Both the position numbers and the translations under genes were made by a program. This document shows, one piece after another, positions 58,353 through 64,000 of a DNA stretch of 64,000 nucleotides. Every line of letters begins with the position of its first letter. Positions within the stretch are counted from its first letter, which is position 1. This DNA is from Candidatus Bathyarchaeia archaeon (lineage in GTDB: Archaea; Thermoproteota; Bathyarchaeia; 40CM-2-53-6). The notes under the pieces were generated by a model. The model did no database searches. It saw nothing but the letters and a program-made list of their open reading frames with translations, and was not told the origin of the DNA. Where the stretch lies: contig JBEKVV010000003.1 of assembly GCA_049513715.1 (NCBI GenBank), positions 1-64,000 of the forward strand, written 5' to 3'.

Positions 58353-59123
58353 TCACGTGCTCTTTTGGATGACGGCGATGTATACTCCACTCTTGCCGTC
58401 AAACGTTTTCGAAATTCTCCATCCGGTGCCCTTCAGTAATTTGCGCATCTCCTGTTCGGAAACGATAAGATAGTCGAACCAGGGCGTGGCATATGTCCGG
58501 TATCTGACTCGTATTCTCAGTTGACCAGACATTCTTCCCCGGCGCCTGTTGAATTGCTGATACTGTAGGTGGTCTTGGTTGGTTGTTTTGTACGGGTTAC
58601 GGCTTTCGGCTATGATTCTAGCATCGTCGCTGGTTATTCTATGGAGCCGCTTCAACAGTTGCTTTGCTTTCTTGGGGCTGCCGAATAGTCCAAAATTGTT
58701 CCCGAACATGATTATGGTGTCGAACTTTCCAAGTTCAGACCCAATCTCGGTAATCGACATTACTTGTGCGTTCTTCAATCCCCGAGCTTTGCAGACCCGT
58801 ACCGCTAGTGGAGAAACGTCGATGCCCAAAACATCGTGTCCCTTTCTTTGAAGGTGGAGCGATATTCTGCCTGCTCCGCAGCCGATGTCCAGAACCCTAC
58901 CTTTCACGTAACGTAATGCTCTCTTCTCCCTAGGGCTCCAATCTCTGTATCTCGAGAAATAGGCGGGTGGCCCAGAGGAGATGTCAACGAATCCATCGTC
59001 CCTTTCCACAATTTCCGAAGTGGGACGGCCACTTTTGAGGTAGTCGTACACCTCATGCCCGTATGCGTCCTGTTGGTCTTTCATCAAACTGAGCCATCGT
59101 TGAGCGCGACGGGAGTTCCGCAT
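58353..59123 (-). CDS. Class I SAM-dependent methyltransferase
   Basis: VLDIGCGAG, GIDVSP, FDT..MFGNN; start uncertain. Confidence 0.9.
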   Translation of the reverse strand: MRNSRRAQRWLSLMKDQQDAYGHEVYDYLKSGRPTSEIVERDDGFVDISSGPPAYFSRYRDWSPREKRALRYVKGRVLDIGCGAGRISLHLQRKGHDVLGIDVSPLAVRVCKARGLKNAQVMSITEIGSELGKFDTIIMFGNNFGLFGSPKKAKQLLKRLHRITSDDARIIAESRNPYKTTNQDHLQYQQFNRRRGRMSGQLRIRVRYRTYATPWFDYLIVSEQEMRKLLKGTGWRISKTFDGKSGVYIAVIQKST

Positions 59124-59216
59124 TTTTGTTTGGGTTATGAGCTTACGCTGTGGAATGAAGTGACAATGCGGGAATTTGTGAAGAAAAAGCGTAAGGAAGA
59201 AAAGATGTCTTGGAAT

Positions 59217-59510
59217 CTAGCCGAACAGTGCGCCGAGTCCTGCTAATGCCTCTTCGTCTTTCTTCTTTTCTTCTCCAGGTTTCTTCTCGTCCTTCTTTGC
59301 TTCTGCTGGGGCAGCAGCGGCTGCTACTGGTATTGCCTGCGCGGCCTTCAGAGCATCTTCGATTTTGATCTCTGATAACGCGGCAACCAACGCTTTGACT
59401 CTTGGTTCGTCGCTCTTGACTCCAGCGGCTGTTAGGACTTTCTTCACGGTTTCTTCAGTAATCTTTCCACCTGCTGAGTGGAGCAGAAGCGCTGCGTAGA
59501 CATACTCCAT
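59217..59510 (-). CDS. rpl12: Ribosomal stalk protein L12 (aP1)
   Basis: [11 protein letters not shown]...GLGALFG. Confidence 0.97.
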   Translation of the reverse strand: MEYVYAALLLHSAGGKITEETVKKVLTAAGVKSDEPRVKALVAALSEIKIEDALKAAQAIPVAAAAAPAEAKKDEKKPGEEKKKDEEALAGLGALFG

Positions 59511-59562
59511 TTTTTCACACCGAATTTGATAGGGTTCCTCTGGTTACCCGAAAGCCCTCTTT

Positions 59563-60483
59563 TCAACCTTTTCCTTCGGCTGGTGCCTCGCTAGCTGCTG
59601 GTTGTGGGGGTGCGAGCGCTTCAGGTTTCACTGATGAAATTGCCGTTGAGAGAGCCTTCATGTTAGCGTAAGCCTTCCCAATAATGCGGTCCGATGTTTC
59701 CTTCGTGAAGAAACCAGACTCCACGCTAACCGCGACAGCTTGTCGGTATGCCTTTGCAATTATGACGGGGGCTGTCTCTGGAACCATGATGTTTGCCTCA
59801 ACTGCGATGCCGAGAGCGAGCCTAGCGGCAGATGAAAAGTCAGCTTTCATTTGGTCAAGGTCGAATGCGAGGTCTGTTGGGCCTAGCACGGAACCATTGT
59901 CGTATGCGTAAGAGAGTGAGAGTCCGGCTTCCATTGGTTTCATGCCCAACTTGGAAAGCAATGATGCGGTTTTGGTGGAGATGACATCGCCCTTACTCGC
60001 TACGACTGTATCTTTGGCTATGAAGATACTGCCGCCCTCGATGCGCGTCTGCACCTTAGCCTCGTTGAACTCACTAATTACAGGCCCAGGTTGCATGCCA
60101 GTGTTGCCAGCAGGGATCATGATATCGCTGCTTGCGACATCACCGCCCTTCGCGGGCACCCTGACTTTGTTCTTGTTGAGGAAGAGTATGAGCTCGAATG
60201 GGTTCATCTGAGTGAAAATTAGAACTTTGGATCCTGTCAATTGCTCAGAAAACTTTTCGATGTTCCGCTTCTCAGGAGACATCTTTTCTGAGGCTTTTCG
60301 CAAAATAGTGTTCTTTGTGACAACGAGGTCCGCTTTCCCTCGCAGCTTCTTGCGGATCTCCTGAATTTGAGAGGAACGAACCTTTTGCAAGTCGGCAACG
60401 GCGATGACCGGATATTTCTTCAGAAGCTTTGTGAGGTCGTCGAAGATCTCCCTTTTCCATACGGCTACCTGTTGAGTTAGCAT
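59563..60483 (-). CDS. rplP0: Ribosomal protein L10 (P0)
   Basis: WK, KNT, NPF, GNTG..PGP. Confidence 0.96.
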   Translation of the reverse strand: MLTQQVAVWKREIFDDLTKLLKKYPVIAVADLQKVRSSQIQEIRKKLRGKADLVVTKNTILRKASEKMSPEKRNIEKFSEQLTGSKVLIFTQMNPFELILFLNKNKVRVPAKGGDVASSDIMIPAGNTGMQPGPVISEFNEAKVQTRIEGGSIFIAKDTVVASKGDVISTKTASLLSKLGMKPMEAGLSLSYAYDNGSVLGPTDLAFDLDQMKADFSSAARLALGIAVEANIMVPETAPVIIAKAYRQAVAVSVESGFFTKETSDRIIGKAYANMKALSTAISSVKPEALAPPQPAASEAPAEGKG

Positions 60484-60490
60484 TTTTCTA

Positions 60491-61159
60491 TCACTTCGTT
60501 AGGCCAATTTTCACAGGTTTGCTCATGGTAGCCTTGACCAGGATTTCACCTACGTTCTTGATACCACGATCAAGCTTCTGCTCTATTCTGGACGTGACGG
60601 CTAGAATGTTCTCGGCGAGCTTATCGTCCGCCATGCCCTCCGTTCCCACCCGGCATTGGAGAACTGGTTGCTCCCTCATGCGGACGCGCACCATCTTTCT
60701 GTGGCCGGCGACGACTTGGTCGATTGCCGCGTTTGGTGGAACTGGGGTCGGCATCTTGCCCCTTGGGCCTAGAAAAGAACCCAAAGCCCTACCTACCAGT
60801 GGCATTAGGGGAGCTTCGGCTATGAAAAAGTCGTAATCCTGTGCTAATTTGCGGGCAGCCTTCTTATCCTTGCCGAGATTCTCCATATCCTGCCGACTCA
60901 CAATCATGTCTGCGCCTGCCGTTTTTGCCCTGGTGGCTAAGTCTCCGGAAGCAATCACGCATATCTTCAAGGACGTTTCCGGAGGGTTGGGCAGCGGGAT
61001 AGTTTCATTGATTCGGTTTTCAGGCTTCTTTAGGTCCACTTCGCGGAGCTTCACAACCAACTCTATTGATTGTGAGAATTTCCTCTTGGTCAGGTTCTTG
61101 CGTAGCTCACTAAGTGCCCTAGCGACTTCTTCCTTGGCAAGTGGCAAGTATTTGCACAT
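60491..61159 (-). CDS. rpl1: Ribosomal protein L1
   Basis: RKFSQSIEL, LGPRGKMP; true start may be TTG ~61147. Confidence 0.96.
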   Translation of the reverse strand: MCKYLPLAKEEVARALSELRKNLTKRKFSQSIELVVKLREVDLKKPENRINETIPLPNPPETSLKICVIASGDLATRAKTAGADMIVSRQDMENLGKDKKAARKLAQDYDFFIAEAPLMPLVGRALGSFLGPRGKMPTPVPPNAAIDQVVAGHRKMVRVRMREQPVLQCRVGTEGMADDKLAENILAVTSRIEQKLDRGIKNVGEILVKATMSKPVKIGLTK

Positions 61160-61282
61160 CTAGTCAATTTTCTGAGGGCTGTTTCCCCCTGCCTAATAAA
61201 AACGTTTTCAGCCGTGTTCCCTAGCTCAACACCTTCAGATTAATAGCAGGCGCTGCAGCCATTAGGCGAGGTTGTAAGTTCA

Positions 61283-61492
61283 TTGTCGGAAGTGAAACAG
61301 TACAAAATAACAGGCCAAATCAAGAAAGGAAAGACCCTGATTCCGTTCTCAGTGGAATTCAGCGCGCTCAAGAAAGAACATGCAATCCAGCGGCTCTATG
61401 CGGAGATGGGGAGCAGGCACGGGGCTAGGCAATTCGAAATCACAATCAAGAAAGTCGACGAAACACCCAAACCAGAAGAAGCTAAGGCGTAA
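61283..61492 (+). CDS. rpl18a: Ribosomal protein L18ae/LX
   Basis: YKITG...A.....LY..MGSRH. Confidence 0.9.
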   Translation: MSEVKQYKITGQIKKGKTLIPFSVEFSALKKEHAIQRLYAEMGSRHGARQFEITIKKVDETPKPEEAKA

Positions 61493-61495
61493 ACT

Positions 61496-61948
61496 ATGGC
61501 AGCCCCTCCGGCCAAACAAGAGGACCTTGTAAGGCAACTCGCCACAGAAATCCGCATATTGGAAGGGTCAGCCGGAGCTCTTCAATCAAGGCTGGACATC
61601 GTAAGGGCAGCGATTAACGAAATCACGCTTGCCCACAATACGTTGGACGGATTCAAGTCACTTCAGGAAGGCGAGGACACCCTGATTCCGATTGGGGCTG
61701 GTTCGTATGTTCGAATGAAGATCGCTGACTCGAAAAAACTGGTCATGGGAATAGGCGCAGGCGCCGCGATTGAGAAGGACGTCGATAGCTCTGTCGAGGA
61801 ACTGAAAGGCAGATTGCAGGAGCTGGATAAGGCTAGAAACTCGATTCAACAGCAACTTGAACAAACCTTAGCGCGCTATCAGCAGGACCGCGACGCTTTA
61901 GAAGAACTTCTTGGCCGGCAAGGGGCAGCCGCGCAGCCCGCAAGGTAG
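61496..61948 (+). CDS. pfdA: Prefoldin alpha subunit
   Basis: Coiled coils, LIPIGAGSY, GIGAG..IEK. Confidence 0.93.
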   Translation: MAAPPAKQEDLVRQLATEIRILEGSAGALQSRLDIVRAAINEITLAHNTLDGFKSLQEGEDTLIPIGAGSYVRMKIADSKKLVMGIGAGAAIEKDVDSSVEELKGRLQELDKARNSIQQQLEQTLARYQQDRDALEELLGRQGAAAQPAR

Positions 61949-62012
61949 AAGCCCCTCGATCCCAAATGCTACCTCTAGACGACGCAGATAGTTTTGGCTT
62001 CAGTGAAGGCCC

Positions 62013-62918
62013 GTGTTTGAGAAGCTGAAATCTGGATTTAGCGGCCTAGTCCAGAAGATTTCTCAGAAGGAACTATCGGACAAGGAAGTCTCGGAAATTC
62101 TCGACGAATTCTTGATAGTCTTAGCTGAAAATGATGTGGCGTATGATGTCGCAAGGAAGATCTGCGACGACCTCCGTGCAAACCTTCGGACCGTTGAAGT
62201 CCGACGCTTTTCCGATTCCACAGAGCCCGCTAAAGCGGTTCTGCGAGAGGTCCTTCTGAGTATTCTTAAGGGAAGCGGCGAGGAATCGTTCTTCAAGGTT
62301 CTGGACGAACGCAGAAGCGAGCACAAAGCTGCAGTCGTGCTTTTCGTGGGAGTCAACGGCACCGGCAAGACAAGCTCGATAGCGAAGATCGGCCACTTGC
62401 TTCTGAAAAGAGGTTTCTCTATGGTTATAGCGGCAGCCGACACCTACAGGACCGGTTCCATAGAACAGATTGAAGAGCACGCAAGGCGGATTGGGATCAA
62501 GACCATAAAACATGATTATGGCGGAGACGCGGCGGCGGTGGCCTTCGACGCCGTCAACTATGCCAATGCACATGGCACTAACGTTGTCTTAATCGACACG
62601 GCCGGCAGAATGCAAACCAACAAGAATCTTCTGGAGGAGATGAAGAAGATCGCTCGAGTCGCCAAACCTGACCTAACGATTCTTGTCGTCGACGCCTTGA
62701 CTGGGAACGATGCTGTTGAGCAGGCTAAGAAATTCTCAGAATCAGTTAACATTGACGGCGTTATTCTGACTAAATTGGACGCTGATGTCAAAGGGGGCAG
62801 CGCAATCTCAATGGCTGCAATCATTGGGAAGCCGATTCTTTTCGCTGCTGTAGGGCAGAACTACGAGGATCTCATCCCATTCGAACCTAATGACATGGTT
62901 TCCAAGATCGTCTCTTAG
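62013..62918 (+). CDS. ftsY: SRP receptor FtsY
   Basis: GVNGTGKT, DTYR, DTAGR, TKLD. Confidence 0.97.
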   Translation: MFEKLKSGFSGLVQKISQKELSDKEVSEILDEFLIVLAENDVAYDVARKICDDLRANLRTVEVRRFSDSTEPAKAVLREVLLSILKGSGEESFFKVLDERRSEHKAAVVLFVGVNGTGKTSSIAKIGHLLLKRGFSMVIAAADTYRTGSIEQIEEHARRIGIKTIKHDYGGDAAAVAFDAVNYANAHGTNVVLIDTAGRMQTNKNLLEEMKKIARVAKPDLTILVVDALTGNDAVEQAKKFSESVNIDGVILTKLDADVKGGSAISMAAIIGKPILFAAVGQNYEDLIPFEPNDMVSKIVS

Positions 62919-62930
62919 AGTCGAGTTTGT

Positions 62931-63737
62931 TTGGTTGTGCTTGTAATCGCGTCGCGACGCGATCCCGCTGCACAAAACATTGCCGCTGAATTGGCAAGAA
63001 TGAAGAATTTTCAAACCGTGGAAGGCACGGATGGAAGCCTTCTCCAGGCGGGGAATGTTCTTCTGAAGCACGTTGAATCCGATGGGATTTACACTGAGAA
63101 TTTGGGCGTCGATGTGAAACCTGACGCTGTTATCTTTGCTTCCCGACACCGAAGTGAAAGCAACGAGCCCACATTGACCGCGCACTGGACTGGAAATACG
63201 ACTTCGCGAGCTGATTTCGGTGGAAAGCCCAAGAGTCTTTCCTATACGGACCCTGCAAGACTTCGTACAGCTTTGCTGGCGTTGGATGAAGCTCGTGAGG
63301 CTCGGGGGTTGAATTACGCTGTGACGCTCGAAGCCACACATCATGGCCCAACGGAACTGGGCGTACCAACCTTGTTCGTTGAGTTGGGGAGCACGGAGAA
63401 AGAATGGAACGATAACAAGGCGGCTGAAGTAGTTGCTGAGGCAATTTGGAAGACAGCAACCGCACCTCTCCAAGGAAAAACCGCAGTGGGGTTTGGGGGA
63501 GGACACTACTGCAACAAACAGTGCATCGCAATACGAAATGAAGGGTACGCGTTTGGGCACATATTCTCCAAGTACTTCTTTCAAGAATACGATGAAGCCA
63601 CCGTGCAGCTTGCCTTCGAACGAACTATGGGCGACTGCCGGACAGCGGTTCTCGACTGGAAGGGGGTCCGCGGCTCAGAACGAAGCAAGCTACTTGAAAC
63701 GTTGAAGGGAATGGGCGTCGAGATTGTTCGAGTTTGA
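62931..63737 (+). CDS. dtdA: D-aminoacyl-tRNA deacylase (archaeal DTD2)
   Basis: SRH.S, H.TGN, EATHHGP, ELGS, GGGHY. Confidence 0.93.
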   Translation: MVVLVIASRRDPAAQNIAAELARMKNFQTVEGTDGSLLQAGNVLLKHVESDGIYTENLGVDVKPDAVIFASRHRSESNEPTLTAHWTGNTTSRADFGGKPKSLSYTDPARLRTALLALDEAREARGLNYAVTLEATHHGPTELGVPTLFVELGSTEKEWNDNKAAEVVAEAIWKTATAPLQGKTAVGFGGGHYCNKQCIAIRNEGYAFGHIFSKYFFQEYDEATVQLAFERTMGDCRTAVLDWKGVRGSERSKLLETLKGMGVEIVRV

Positions 63738-64000
63738 TTCAAAGAACGCTCTTGGTTCGCTGAGTGTTTCGATGGGGCCAGTGCTGGGGTGGTAACGGTA
63801 GGATTTCTTGCATTGTTTGCAGCTGTAGCGGCCATGTATGCTTTCAGGGTTGAACTGGAGGGGTTGGTTGCAGGTTGGGCATTGAGCCTGGAACCCCAGC
63901 TCATTTTCCTGAATATCTAAAACCTGTTCAGCTAGGCTTTGGAGTAGTTCGCAGTTCCCGCCACATCTGCAACGGGGCGACGAATCAATCAGTTCTCGCA
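63690..64000 (-). CDS. 3' part of a multi-CxxC Zn-finger protein, runs off the right edge
   Basis: Manual translation ...CRCGGNC...CPTCNQPL...YSCKQCKKSY; TAG at 63690-63692. Confidence 0.55.
   Translation of the reverse strand, partial: RELIDSSPRCRCGGNCELLQSLAEQVLDIQENELGFQAQCPTCNQPLQFNPESIHGRYSCKQCKKSYRYHPSTGPIETLSEPRAFFESNSNNLDAHSLQRFK

Noticed and set aside
63581..63904. ORF-track 107-aa minus-strand ORF
   Set aside because: A different minus frame gives a coherent multi-CxxC protein

Overview
Archaeal chromosome segment, most consistent with a TACK archaeon such as Bathyarchaeia (inference from Alba, TRAM, rpl18a/P0/P1, pfdA, dtdA, cobY/cobZ and a tRNA with two non-canonical BHB introns). 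Bases ~580-6100 form a mobile-element cluster. It holds one complete 2666-bp cargo-carrying IS6-like (SWIM-Zn ribbon-HTH-DDE) transposon at 1570-4235 with 51-bp bipartite inverted repeats and a perfect 8-bp target duplication (CTTTCGGC). It also holds a second element end (587-635), two transposase 3' remnants, and defence-like cargo (PIN, UDG-like, small TM proteins). At two junctions an element end lies exactly 8 bp from another GGTAACG end-like motif, suggesting end-targeted stacking. The rest is mostly housekeeping and metabolic: cobamide finishing/salvage (cobZ-cobS-cobY-cblT-cblS), a TRAM/Alba/DEAD-box cluster, thiL, 2-oxoacid:ferredoxin oxidoreductase, paaK, FrhB-like, M32 peptidase, ABC exporter, tRNA-Arg(UCU), alaS-leuS, eIF2B-like, aIF1, htrA, msrB, rpl1-P0-rpl12 and rpl18a-pfdA-ftsY-dtdA, plus several Zn-finger micro-proteins missed by the ORF track. 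The most striking non-mobile signal is a 15-aa Leu/Ala-rich leader peptide upstream of alaS-leuS with mutually exclusive hairpins that can occlude the alaS Shine-Dalgarno, i.e. a candidate ribosome-mediated attenuator in an archaeon. All calls come from manual reading and motif recognition; no database searches or folding programs were run.
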